Virus record (IMG/VR): IMGVR_UViG_3300019458_000035
Strand: one strand, 5' to 3'
From: a virus
Length of the DNA stretch: 64,000 nt
The notes beneath the pieces are model-generated. The model had not been told where the DNA came from. It did not search any database and saw only the letters and a program-made list of their open reading frames with translations. Position 1 is the first letter of the stretch. The number at the start of each line of letters is the position of its first letter. Positions 1-8,023 of this stretch are shown piece by piece. A program made the position numbers and the translations under genes.

Positions 1-123
1 GGTCTTGTCCGGCGTTTAACCGGCTCGACGTTTCTATGAGCTTCCGCCCATCGCATTGTTACCTGACGATTTTTCAACCTTTCCTACTAATCCTCTCTAA
101 ACTAAACGAACACATACTAACTT

Positions 124-201
124 TGGTCGAGTATCTAGGATTTGAACCTAGGATCTCCTGTATCCAAAACAGGCGGCCACTCCATACTGGCCCAATACTC
201 G
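124..201 (-). tRNA. tRNA-Pro (anticodon UGG)
   Basis: Manual fold: 7-bp acceptor CGAGTAT/ATACTCG, T-loop TTCAAAT, anticodon loop TTTGGAT, CCA encoded. Confidence 0.7.
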
Positions 202-214
202 ATACATAAACTTT

Positions 215-288
215 TGGAGCACCTAGAGGGAGTCGAACCCTCGCCACCAGATTGGAAGTCTAGCGTGCTGCCGTAACACTTCAGGTGC
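215..288 (-). tRNA. tRNA-Gly (UCC)
   Basis: Acceptor GCACCTG/TAGGTGC, U73 discriminator, anticodon loop CTTCCAA, T-arm GAGGG-TTCGACT-CCCTC. Confidence 0.7.
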
Positions 289-345
289 ATATTGAACTTG
301 TCATACTATCGTTATTTGCGAACGGTTTCGCACAAGTTCAAATTT

Positions 346-419
346 TGGCAGGGAAACCTGGAATCGAACCAAGGTTGGCGGAGTCAAAGGCCGCTGTCTT
401 ACCACTAGACGATTTCCCT
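346..419 (-). tRNA. tRNA-Gln (UUG)
   Basis: Acceptor AGGGAAA/TTTCCCT, D-stem GTCT/AGAC, anticodon loop CTTTGAC, T-loop TTCGATT. Confidence 0.65.
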
Positions 420-430
420 ACATTAAATTT

Positions 431-512
431 TGGTGCCCAAGGCGAGATTCGAACTCGCATGCTTTCGCGCTGGTTTCTAAGACCAGTGTGTCTGCCATTC
501 CACCACTCGGGC
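431..512 (-). tRNA. tRNA-Leu (UAG), type II
   Basis: 82 nt, anticodon arm CTGGT-CTTAGAA-ACCAG, long variable arm, T-arm GCGAG-TTCGAAT-CTCGC. Confidence 0.7.
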
Positions 513-514
513 AT

Positions 515-589
515 GGCTGGGAAACCTGGAATCGAACCAAGGTTGACCGCTTCAGAGACGGCTGTCTTACCACTAGACGATTTCCCAAT
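515..589 (-). tRNA. tRNA-Gln (CUG)
   Basis: Near-copy of the 346-419 tRNA with anticodon loop CTCTGAA. Confidence 0.6.
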
Positions 590-592
590 TTT

Positions 593-666
593 TGGAGCGC
601 GTAGCCAGAATCGAACTGGCGAATCCTCCATGGCAAGGAGACAGGTTACCACTACATCACACGCGC
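593..666 (-). tRNA. tRNA-Gly (GCC)
   Basis: Acceptor GCGCGTG/TACGCGC, U73, anticodon arm TCTCC-TTGCCAT-GGAGG, T-loop TTCGATT. Confidence 0.65.
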
Positions 667-674
667 ACTCGCTC

Positions 675-1007
675 TTATTTTTCTAAAACATCCCTTTCAA
701 ATACTAGGTCAATCAACAGTTGTTCTGCTGTGCCATTAAATCCATAATACTTAAAATCTCTCATCTTCAAAGCTTCTAACGAAGTCTCTTCAGGTGACCA
801 TTGCTCTTCAAGTCCGTTGCACGAGCAATGCGATGCATTCACTTCGTACAGCTTTCCTTCCTTGTTGAACAAGATGAGTGCAGAACCTTCGTAGCTTTCG
901 CCCTCGTAGACGGCGAAGAGGATATCACAGCCATCAAGCTCTGAGACGTCAATCTCGAAAGCATTAGCAATTTCTTGCTTGTCCATGTTATCGCTCTTCG
1001 TCCACAT
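675..1007 (-). CDS. hypothetical protein (110 aa)
   Basis: Intact ORF packed between tRNA array and HNH gene; no recognisable motif. Confidence 0.45.
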   Translation of the reverse strand: MWTKSDNMDKQEIANAFEIDVSELDGCDILFAVYEGESYEGSALILFNKEGKLYEVNASHCSCNGLEEQWSPEETSLEALKMRDFKYYGFNGTAEQLLIDLVFERDVLEK

Positions 1008-1011
1008 ACAC

Positions 1012-1551
1012 CTATCCTGTTTCTAGCTCTGCTGTCCAGTAGACTAAGCTCCTGGTATCAACATAGCTCTTCCATTCTTCCGGAACCTTCTTCATCCTAA
1101 TCACTAGCTGAGCTGGTAGCCATGTGGGTTCCACTGGCCTCCTAAGCAACTTCATCTTCGCTTGCTCAGGAGTACGGTTAGCCTTGTAATGATTGCATGG
1201 GCGACATGCAGCCACGATGTTGGTCCAACTCGTAATACCACCTTGATCTCTAGGAAGAACGTGATCGAACGTTAAATCCTTGGTAGGCTTCCTCTCGTTA
1301 CAGTATTGGCAAGTCCAACCATCTCTCAAGTAGATATTGATCCTGCTAAACTGCGCCTTACCCTTCCTCTTAAACTTCTTAAGTTGCCTAATAACGCTAG
1401 GCATCTTCCATTCTTGCGTCGCAGACCTGACAACATTATCGCCAGATTCTTCTACAACTTCAGCATCACCAGTGACTACAAGCTGCATAGCTTTCATCCA
1501 GGTGATGATTTTTAACGGCTCATATGTGCTGTCAAGAAGTAACACTCTCAT
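1012..1551 (-). CDS. HNH homing endonuclease
   Basis: CQYC...DHVLPRDQGG...NIVAACRPCNHYK HNH/zinc-finger signature. Confidence 0.7.
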   Translation of the reverse strand: MRVLLLDSTYEPLKIITWMKAMQLVVTGDAEVVEESGDNVVRSATQEWKMPSVIRQLKKFKRKGKAQFSRINIYLRDGWTCQYCNERKPTKDLTFDHVLPRDQGGITSWTNIVAACRPCNHYKANRTPEQAKMKLLRRPVEPTWLPAQLVIRMKKVPEEWKSYVDTRSLVYWTAELETG

Positions 1552-1557
1552 GATATT

Positions 1558-1893
1558 TCATTCTCCATGTTTCTCATTCCAGTGCAGTTTTCTGTGACAG
1601 TTAGAGCAGAGGATATCACACTTTTTGAGTTCTCCTGATACTCTTTCTTTGCTCCACTTTCTATCTACCGCATCACTTATCTCAATCTCTTTTTCTGTTG
1701 GATTTCTATGATGAAAATCCAGGCAACCTATATGATTCTCAGGACAACGAGCGCACTTAGCATTTGCTAATATTTCTTCTCGAAGCCATCGTCTCAATTC
1801 TGCTCTTTGTGCTTGTTGTTTTTCGTACATGTGCTTTTTATTGCGCTTGTACCAAGCCTTCTGAGCTTTCTTTTGTCTTTCTTTATCCCTCAT
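1558..1893 (-). CDS. HNH endonuclease (small)
   Basis: CARC...FHHRNPTEK...CSNCHRKLH; paralog of 8024-8344 gene. Confidence 0.65.
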   Translation of the reverse strand: MRDKERQKKAQKAWYKRNKKHMYEKQQAQRAELRRWLREEILANAKCARCPENHIGCLDFHHRNPTEKEIEISDAVDRKWSKERVSGELKKCDILCSNCHRKLHWNEKHGE

Positions 1894-1943
1894 GATATCT
1901 CCTAGGAGATATTGTATCAGGTCAAAGTACTAGACCAAATCTT

Positions 1944-2019
1944 TGGTGCCTCCGTAGAGAATCGAGCCCTCTTCCACGGGTTAAAAGCCCGCTGCTCATC
2001 CATTAAAGCGTTCGGAGGC
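1944..2019 (-). tRNA. tRNA-Lys (UUU), slightly atypical T-loop
   Basis: Acceptor GCCTCCG/CGGAGGC, anticodon loop CTTTTAA; T-loop CTCGATT deviates from TTCGA. Confidence 0.5.
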
Positions 2020-2022
2020 ATA

Positions 2023-2096
2023 TGGTGGGTCTACGAAGAATCGAACTTCGGTCTACTGGTTAAGAGCCAGCAGCTTTACCACTAAGCTATAAACCC
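2023..2096 (-). tRNA. tRNA-Lys (CUU)
   Basis: Acceptor GGGTTTA/TAGACCC, D-stem GCTT/AAGC, anticodon loop CTCTTAA, T-arm CGAAG-TTCGATT-CTTCG. Confidence 0.65.
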
Positions 2097-2253
2097 GCTC
2101 CTTACCTTTTCATTATCAAGTCACATGCTTTGTTTACTGTTTCTCGTTTCGTTATTTTCAATTTTTCTAATGTTCTAAAGAGTTGCCAAGTTAGTCCCCA
2201 TTTTTTTTGGATCCCGACAGACAATCTTCCTTAGAAACTAATTTCATAATCTT

Positions 2254-2328
2254 TGGTGGACCGCTGGAGAATTGAACTCCACCAACCGCAGTGCAAGTGC
2301 AGTTCGCCACCTTGGTACATGGCGGCCC
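2254..2328 (-). tRNA. tRNA-Ala (UGC)
   Basis: Acceptor GGGCCGC with G3:U70 wobble (Ala identity element), anticodon arm CTGCA-CTTGCAC-TGCGG, T-loop TTCAATT. Confidence 0.65.
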
Positions 2329-2531
2329 ATATCTAACCTAATTGTAACTTAATTCCGTACTGTATTTGTTATTACGCCCAGAGCGGATGGCGTTTCGTCT
2401 TAGGTTGTGGCATGACGCCATCAATACCTTGAACGCATGGGAGCACGGTGGCGCGAGTATCGCGCTGTGCTGCTTTTAGAATTGTAGTGTTGCGTCCAAA
2501 CGAATTCATAATTTCATTCTACCACGAGTTT

Positions 2532-2729
2532 TTATTGACCTAGTAAAATTTTTTCAACTTGTTCTTTTAGCTCTTCAAAGCGCTTTTCTGCGATCTTTTC
2601 GGCGTGTTCCGGTGAACCGCAACTAGCGATTATTCTTCCAGTTCTCTTGTCTTGGACTATCCAATCCCTGTGGGGATTAGGCCCGCTATAGACCAAGAAG
2701 ACTTGGTCCCACTTAGTTGGGAAGGACAT
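2532..2729 (-). CDS. hypothetical protein (65 aa)
   Basis: Small ORF, 4-nt overlap with upstream gene (coupled). Confidence 0.35.
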   Translation of the reverse strand: MSFPTKWDQVFLVYSGPNPHRDWIVQDKRTGRIIASCGSPEHAEKIAEKRFEELKEQVEKILLGQ

Positions 2730-2949
2730 CTACTCGCCTCCACATGTCATACTGATCCTTGTTGATCTGCACAGAATGTGAAGCATAATCTAGCAAATAC
2801 CCACCAGAACCAAAATCCCTGCGCCAATACTTCACCTTAAGTTTTGTATACTCTGGTCCGATGTATTGAACCTTCTCGATGATGAGTTCAAGATCGTTTC
2901 CGCAAAGGTGGCGATACCTAGCGCCAGGAGTGAATCTGCTTCTGAACAT
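2713..2949 (-). CDS. hypothetical protein (78 aa)
   Basis: Packed ORF; no motif. Confidence 0.4.
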   Translation of the reverse strand: MFRSRFTPGARYRHLCGNDLELIIEKVQYIGPEYTKLKVKYWRRDFGSGGYLLDYASHSVQINKDQYDMWRRVDVLPN

Positions 2950-2950
2950 G

Positions 2951-3355
2951 TTACCTCAACAATGATTTCTCGGTTGCTCTATTTAGCAATTCCGCTCTAA
3001 GGATTTCGATCAGCTGCGGTGAAAACTTTTCTTTGTAATCGTGCTTGCGGGATAGTTTCAGTAAAAATTTTAGATCAGATTCGCTGAATGTGATGGCTAC
3101 TTGGCGATGATCTTCGTCTTCAAGTTCCTTACGAAGTGTCGTATAGCGTTCATCAGTCTTTCGCTCTTGATCTTGAAAGTAGAGAGCCGCAGGGATAAGC
3201 ACAAGCATCGTGAACGGCCAGATGAGTAGTAGGATGGAACCTAACACAACATCATCTCTACCAATATCGACCTTCTCGCCTTTCTTCGTAGATGCAAGAA
3301 GTATGATAACTGCCCACAACATCACTGTCAATGAATATAGGAAAGCGATAATCAT
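2951..3355 (-). CDS. membrane protein (2 TM helices)
   Basis: N-terminal hydrophobic segments IIAFLYSLTVMLWAVIILL and LGSILLLIWPFTMLVLIPAALYF. Confidence 0.45.
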   Translation of the reverse strand: MIIAFLYSLTVMLWAVIILLASTKKGEKVDIGRDDVVLGSILLLIWPFTMLVLIPAALYFQDQERKTDERYTTLRKELEDEDHRQVAITFSESDLKFLLKLSRKHDYKEKFSPQLIEILRAELLNRATEKSLLR

Positions 3356-3377
3356 GGGTATGAGTAGTATCGGAAAA

Positions 3378-3453
3378 TGGTACCTCCAACGGGAGTCGAA
3401 CCCGTATTCCTACCTTGAGAGGGTAGTGTCCTAGGCCATTAGACGATGGAGGC
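3378..3453 (-). tRNA. tRNA-Glu (CUC)
   Basis: Acceptor GCCTCCA/TGGAGGT, anticodon arm CTACC-CTCTCAA-GGTAG, T-arm CGGG-TTCGACT-CCCG. Confidence 0.6.
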
Positions 3454-3459
3454 ATAGTT

Positions 3460-3536
3460 TGGAAGCGCGGCCGGGTGTCGATCCCGGTTCTCCTGGTTGA
3501 AAGCCAAGTATCCTAGCCAAGCGTAGACGAACGCGC
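3460..3536 (-). tRNA. tRNA-Glu (UUC)
   Basis: TTCGTCTA D-arm like bacterial tRNA-Glu, anticodon loop CTTTCAA, T-arm CCGGG-ATCGACA-CCCGG; one acceptor mismatch. Confidence 0.55.
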
Positions 3537-3672
3537 CATGCGATTTAAGGGAGATTTGGGTGTGCGAGGGGAGGGATTAAGCGAATAGACCGACGCACAC
3601 CAAGCGTTCTTGCTCGGCTTCCATGAATTGGATTGTGAATTGTGCGTTGTTCATATTTTGATTATACCACGA

Positions 3673-3927
3673 TTACCAGTACCAGGTATCGAATAGTTCT
3701 TTTGCAGACTTAAGTCTTAATTTAGTAAGGAATTGAAGCAGTTGACCGATGCGGACTTCTCTCATAGTGGGTCCACGGTCGTGATAGTCTTCAAACAGCC
3801 AGTCATCGTGACACATGAAGCAATAGTCTGCTTCCTCGTGATAGGTTCCAGCATAGCACTTCACGATAGGGGATTTGTCAGCTGCAGCCCTGTTGTACTT
3901 GTGGTTTCTCTTGCTGTTGAGACTCAT
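3673..3927 (-). CDS. hypothetical Cys/His-rich protein (84 aa)
   Basis: ORF abutting guaC-like gene (3-nt gap). Confidence 0.4.
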   Translation of the reverse strand: MSLNSKRNHKYNRAAADKSPIVKCYAGTYHEEADYCFMCHDDWLFEDYHDRGPTMREVRIGQLLQFLTKLRLKSAKELFDTWYW

Positions 3928-3929
3928 TA

Positions 3930-4964
3930 TTAAATCTTACCATGCGCTCCATTCTCTTTAGTAGAGTTGGGCGTGATTAGGTTAAAAGCAGCTCTCATGC
4001 GGAACTCATCTAGGGAACGAGCACCGACATAAGTCATAGAGGAACGCAAGCCGCCTTCGATGTCTTGTAGGACATAAGCAACTGGTCCTTTGCAACGAAC
4101 TAGGAAGGACTCACCTTCCGCAGTGCGCCATGAACTATCTTTGCCCTGAGCTTCGTAGCTCTCTTTAGAGGCTGACCCACGATACTTCTTGAACCATACT
4201 CCTGCACCAGCATCCAATGTCTGGACCTTTTGTCCAGGGGTTTCGTCTGTGCCAGAGAGCATTCCGCCGACCATAACAAGCTTAGCTCCAGCTGCAAGTG
4301 CCTTAGCGATATCACCTGGAGTTTTGAGTCCTCCGTCCGCAATAACGTTTGCTCCGGTTGCAACGCAATCCATGATGGCCGATAGCTGAGGAACTCCAAT
4401 ACCCGTCTTGATGCGAGTGGTACATGCAGAGCCTGGACCAACGCCAACCTTGTAGTAGGCAACAATCGGTGCGCCAAGATGATACTCAAAATCTTTGATC
4501 GATTGTCCAGTTGCAAAGTTCCCTGCAGTGATGTAAACCTTGTTGCTAAGGGCATCGTGAACAGCTTTCGCTTGCTCAACAACCGCAAGTTGAGCTCCAT
4601 GTGCAACATCAATGACGATGTTAGTGGCTCCCACCGTTGCTAGTGCAACAGCTCGTTCCAACTCATATTCACCTAAGCCGATAGAAATAGCGGGACCATA
4701 GCCGTTTGGCCATAGGCAGGACTTATAAATCCTCACATTATCTTCGATAGACCCGAAGCGGTGTAGGCAGCCAATTCCGCCAGCGCTACCCATTGCATTC
4801 GCCATCTCGAAACCTGTGACGGTATCCATGTTGGCAGAGATGACAGGAAGTGAGAGTTTGGCATCACCGAAGTGAGTTGTCAAGTCTACTTCCTTACGGG
4901 ACTTAATGCTAGAGAAACCTGGGGCGATCAGCACATCATCGAACGTGAACAGCTGCTTGTCCAT
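3930..4964 (-). CDS. guaC: GMP reductase / IMP dehydrogenase-family (GuaC-like, no CBS insert)
   Basis: 344 aa; [52 protein letters not shown] match GuaC/IMPDH catalytic barrel. Confidence 0.8.
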   Translation of the reverse strand: MDKQLFTFDDVLIAPGFSSIKSRKEVDLTTHFGDAKLSLPVISANMDTVTGFEMANAMGSAGGIGCLHRFGSIEDNVRIYKSCLWPNGYGPAISIGLGEYELERAVALATVGATNIVIDVAHGAQLAVVEQAKAVHDALSNKVYITAGNFATGQSIKDFEYHLGAPIVAYYKVGVGPGSACTTRIKTGIGVPQLSAIMDCVATGANVIADGGLKTPGDIAKALAAGAKLVMVGGMLSGTDETPGQKVQTLDAGAGVWFKKYRGSASKESYEAQGKDSSWRTAEGESFLVRCKGPVAYVLQDIEGGLRSSMTYVGARSLDEFRMRAAFNLITPNSTKENGAHGKI

Positions 4965-4972
4965 TGTGGATC

Positions 4973-5461
4973 CTATTTGAGGAGGTCAGTGAGGTGGGAC
5001 CACATAGCTTCATTCTCGCCAGTGGTGTATAGAGCTTCTTTAAAGCCTTGGAACTCTTTCTTGTACATGTTTAGGAAGTCTTGCTCGTGCTCAATAGAGG
5101 CTTCAACGTTCGCAATGCGGTCAGCGAGCTTGAGAACCACTGCGTCCTTAGACGCTTTGATTTTAACGTACGTCTTGACGTGGCGTTCCTTGCGATTCTT
5201 TCCCGGCTCATTTGTGACACGCCAAACAAGGTCTCGTACGCGAGCACCAAATAGTTCTTCAATTTCTTCGAGAGAGACATCGGTGTCTTCAACTGTATCG
5301 TGAAGCCAGGCGGCCATTTGGAGTTCTTCATCGTTTACTCCGAACCTAGCAAGGACGTTAACTACAGCATACAGGTGCTTGGTGTACGGACCACCGTCGT
5401 ACTCTTGCCCTAGGTGGGCATCAGCTGCGAACTCTCTTGCTTTAGATAGAGCATCAGACAT
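4973..5461 (-). CDS. HD-domain small alarmone hydrolase (SpoT/Mesh1-like (p)ppGpp hydrolase)
   Basis: AHLGQ...PY..H...V...LHDTVEDTD...EEIEELFG...V..LV motifs of the RelA/SpoT hydrolase domain; 162 aa single domain. Confidence 0.7.
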   Translation of the reverse strand: MSDALSKAREFAADAHLGQEYDGGPYTKHLYAVVNVLARFGVNDEELQMAAWLHDTVEDTDVSLEEIEELFGARVRDLVWRVTNEPGKNRKERHVKTYVKIKASKDAVVLKLADRIANVEASIEHEQDFLNMYKKEFQGFKEALYTTGENEAMWSHLTDLLK

Positions 5462-5844
5462 TATGCACCAACGTAGATAGGTTCACCAGGTCCTACGAAA
5501 CTGTAGAGACCGTCTTTTACTTTCTTAAATTCGGCGTCAGGTGCGCGATACACCATCGAGATGTCGCGGCGAACAAAGACTTCGTTCCTCTTCTTATCGA
5601 AGTAGAGGACATAGCCTAAAGCCTCGTTTCGTTCGACATAATAATCTAAGTCTTTATCGTTGCCGTAGCAGATGAAGATACGATCATCACGAGAACGGTC
5701 ACGCTTCTTGATTTCAGACTTTTTCTTTTCCATTGGCATGGGCATATTTGTATTATACGAATTGATTTTTGATGTGGCGGAGAGCATCCTATTCGAAAGG
5801 AACGCAGAGTGAACATGCGCGATATGCTTAGCAGACATTCCCAT
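5461..5844 (-). CDS. hypothetical protein
   Basis: ORF; 1-nt overlap with HD gene start. Confidence 0.4.
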   Translation of the reverse strand: MGMSAKHIAHVHSAFLSNRMLSATSKINSYNTNMPMPMEKKKSEIKKRDRSRDDRIFICYGNDKDLDYYVERNEALGYVLYFDKKRNEVFVRRDISMVYRAPDAEFKKVKDGLYSFVGPGEPIYVGA

Positions 5845-5873
5845 AGACCTCTATAGCTTTACTCTCCAAATTT

Positions 5874-5944
5874 TGGTACTCTCGACTGGAATCGAACCAG
5901 TTCAGCAGCTTTAGGAAAGCTGTGCCTCGTCCTAGAGCGAGAGC
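5874..5944 (-). tRNA. tRNA-Arg (CCU)
   Basis: Acceptor GCTCTCG/CGAGAGT, anticodon arm CAGCT-TTCCTAA-AGCTG, T-arm CTGG-TTCGATT-CCAG. Confidence 0.65.
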
Positions 5945-5945
5945 A

Positions 5946-6017
5946 TGGTGCCCCTAGAAAGATTCGAACTTTCCTGACCGGATTAGAAGTCCAGCTGCCT
6001 ATCCATTGGTAGGGGCA
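5946..6017 (-). tRNA. tRNA-Arg (UCU)
   Basis: Acceptor GCCCCTA/TAGGGGC, anticodon arm CTGGA-CTTCTAA-TCCGG, T-loop TTCGAAT. Confidence 0.7.
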
Positions 6018-6442
6018 TTGTATTCTTTGTACGCCTTCATCATGTATTTCCACTCATCCGGCGTAAAATTTTCGTTACGTGATATGTTACATCTAGTACA
6101 ACAAGGAACTACGTTCTTGGCAACATAATCATCGTTTGAATCTAGTCTATCTAGACCTGTTCCCATTTCTTTTTCAATGCTGGTTTGACAGTAGTGACAG
6201 TCTTGTGCAATAAGCTTCGAATAAGTCGCTAAATCTATTTCAAACTTTAATCCCCGCCCTTTTGCATTGCTAATTGCATTTTTGTGACGAGAGTTGGGTT
6301 TGAACTTGTTTTCTGCATACCATTTCTGTTTATTTTTATGCTTACATTCTTTGCACAAGCATTCGTGCCCGTCTTTGTAACGTTTACTTTTGTTAAAATC
6401 TTTTTGCTCTTTATTTATTTTACATTTTGGACATGTTTTCAT
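5999..6442 (-). CDS. HNH homing endonuclease
   Basis: CPKCK...CKECKHK...HYCQ...VVPCCTRCN zinc-finger/HNH pattern; last 5 codons overlap 5' end of tRNA-Arg(UCU). Confidence 0.6.
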   Translation of the reverse strand: MKTCPKCKINKEQKDFNKSKRYKDGHECLCKECKHKNKQKWYAENKFKPNSRHKNAISNAKGRGLKFEIDLATYSKLIAQDCHYCQTSIEKEMGTGLDRLDSNDDYVAKNVVPCCTRCNISRNENFTPDEWKYMMKAYKEYNAPTNG

Positions 6443-6490
6443 GTCTCTATTGTATTATTAGGTTCGATTAAACATCGAACCACATAAACT

Positions 6491-6572
6491 TGGTACCGGC
6501 CAAGGGACTCGAACCCTTACGCATTAGCGGCGCGTTTTAAGTGCGCTGTGTCTGCCATTCCACCACGCCGGC
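6491..6572 (-). tRNA. tRNA-Leu (UAA), type II
   Basis: 82 nt, D-arm like the 431-512 Leu tRNA, anticodon loop CTTAAAA (A31-C39 mismatch), variable hairpin CGC-TAAT-GCG, T-arm AAGGG-TTCGAGT-CCCTT. Confidence 0.55.
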
Positions 6573-6574
6573 AT

Positions 6575-6651
6575 TGGTAGCCCGAGTGGGAGTCGAACCC
6601 ACAAAACTCAGTTTTTGAGACTGATACGTATGCCAGTTCCGTCATCGAGCC
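6575..6651 (-). tRNA. tRNA with anticodon CAA but short variable arm (atypical; identity uncertain)
   Basis: Acceptor GGCTCGA/TCGGGCT, anticodon arm TCAGT-CTCAAAA-ACTGA with U33/A37, T-arm GTGGG-TTCGACT-CCCAC; 5-6 nt variable loop, unlike type II Leu. Confidence 0.5.
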
Positions 6652-6656
6652 ATATT

Positions 6657-6746
6657 TGGTGGGTTGTGAAGGAGTTGAACCATTCGTCTTCCCGCTCTAC
6701 CGTTTAGAGACAACTGGGTTACAGCCAGCCGTAGAGAACACAACCC
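6657..6746 (-). tRNA. tRNA-like, 90 nt, atypical (identity unresolved; contains Tyr-GUA-like hairpin)
   Basis: Perfect acceptor GGGTTGT/ACAACCC + CCA, T-loop TTCAACT with bulged stem, hairpin GCTGG-CTGTAAC-CCAGT; no canonical cloverleaf found by hand. Confidence 0.4.
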
Positions 6747-6752
6747 AAACTA

Positions 6753-7106
6753 TTAAACTTCATCCATTCCGAGTTTGCGACTAATCAAGTTGCCCTGATC
6801 ACTTCGCTCCTCAATCTCAACATGTCCTAGACCTGCTTCAATCTTTAGCTTTAGCCAAGATTGGAATTCAGGCGTTGCGCACATTCTTTCGAAAGCAGTC
6901 TTGCGATTTTGACTTTGCTCTCTACTGTCGGTAGCCTTGCCTTCAGCACCACTAGATTCATGAACGCAGCGAACTCCGCTTGAGGTCTTCTGACGTTTCT
7001 GTCCGCCGTCTCCGCTACCTCTAAAAACGTCCCAGCGACAGTCAGCTGCCGTCACGCTGAACATCTTCGTTCGATTCTTTTTCCTTGCGCTCGACCCATT
7101 GTTCAT
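6753..7106 (-). CDS. ArfB/YaeJ-like GGQ-motif peptidyl-tRNA hydrolase (RF-1 domain protein)
   Basis: DVFRGSGDGGQKRQKTSSGVRCVHE matches RxSGxGGQxVNKTxSAVRLxH of class-I release factor/ArfB GGQ domain; basic C-terminal tail. Start may be internal Met at 7064. Confidence 0.6.
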   Translation of the reverse strand: MNNGSSARKKNRTKMFSVTAADCRWDVFRGSGDGGQKRQKTSSGVRCVHESSGAEGKATDSREQSQNRKTAFERMCATPEFQSWLKLKIEAGLGHVEIEERSDQGNLISRKLGMDEV

Positions 7107-7218
7107 AACTCACCCACTGGACATATCGGCTTTCACAAGAGCTGCATCCAGTTGGACCTACAGGTGCTTCAAATTCCACACCGCATTTCTCGTTCATGCA
7201 CTTGTACTTCTCATTCAT
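7042..7218 (-). CDS. small zinc-ribbon-like protein (58 aa)
   Basis: KCMNEKCGVEF...GCSSCES; N-terminal part of the 7042-7311 track ORF overlaps tRNA-Ser, so start trimmed to internal Met. Confidence 0.3.
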   Translation of the reverse strand: MNEKYKCMNEKCGVEFEAPVGPTGCSSCESRYVQWVSYEQWVERKEKESNEDVQRDGS

Positions 7219-7223
7219 AAAAT

Positions 7224-7309
7224 TGGCGGAAGGTAGACGAATCGAACGCCCGACCTTTCGGTCGCCCTGGGGTTCAAGCCCAGTTGCCCACCATTGAGCG
7301 GTACCTTCC
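7224..7309 (-). tRNA. tRNA-Ser (UGA), type II
   Basis: 86 nt, G73, anticodon arm CTGGG-CTTGAAC-CCCAG, variable hairpin CGACC-GAAA-GGTCG, T-loop TTCGATT. Confidence 0.7.
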
Positions 7310-7620
7310 ATATTTGGTTAGAGACAGTCGATAAGCGGAATCCTGTCTAGGACTATCATTCGACTTGGACCGAACATTACTGTTGGCCTCTTTGCCTGGT
7401 ACCCGATAGCACTCCGAGCAGGAGTATCACTATCCTATTTCCAGTTGCTGCACGAAGAGATTGCTCGTTTCACCCCAGTGTTTCGTAACCTACTCGACTG
7501 GACTCGTCTCTGTAGCTCTAATCGTCACCTCACGGTGCTGGGCCGTTAACCCATTCGTCGCTCTTGCAGTTCCGACTTTCCTCACTCCTACTTGCGTAGG
7601 TCGCGCGATAGTCTGACCGT

Positions 7621-7748
7621 CTCTAACAACTAACTTTTATAAGTCGATATAGTCGCGCGATAAGGGTTTTTGCTTCTTCAAGCTCTTCTCTTAGTTTAGC
7701 AATTTCTTGCTCCAACTCTCGCAACCTATTTTCTTCCTGTATCGTCAT
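7621..7748 (-). CDS. possible small coiled-coil protein (41 aa)
   Basis: MTIQEENRLRELEQEIAKLREELEEAKTLIARLYRLIKVSC; below the ORF-track cutoff, weak RBS. Confidence 0.25.
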
Positions 7749-7754
7749 AAGCTT

Positions 7755-7831
7755 TGGCGCACCCTGTGGGACTCGAACCCACCACAACTAGTTTAACAGA
7801 CTAGTTTCTCCGCCCGGTAGAACTAAGGTGC
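7755..7831 (-). tRNA. tRNA-Asn (GUU)
   Basis: Acceptor GCACCTT/AGGGTGC, G73, D-stem TTCT/AGAA, anticodon arm CTAGT-CTGTTAA-ACTAG, T-arm GTGGG-TTCGAGT-CCCAC. Confidence 0.7.
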
Positions 7832-8023
7832 ATGGTGCCGGCTAGTGGTTACGATCCACTGTCTTGTGTCCTTATTAAAGGCTTCGCTACAGTGACAATC
7901 TTGTATAACCTACCATCTGATGATCTTTTATACTTGCTCATAGTCTTCTTTCAGTTTGGTGCCGATTGTCAGTATCGATCTGACTCCTCTAGCTTTTCAG
8001 ACTAGCGCTTCTACCTAGTTAGC

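Noticed and set aside
285-686. Track ORFs 285-686(+), 338-652(-), 418-636(-)
   Set aside because: They lie entirely across six tRNA genes. Their reading frames are the product of tRNA sequence similarity, not coding.
4100-4612. Internal or overlapping minus/plus ORFs inside guaC, the HD gene, the ligase gene and the subtilisin gene (e.g. 4100-4612, 5071-5331, 37071-37286, 38873-39067)
   Set aside because: Alternative frames within higher-confidence genes.
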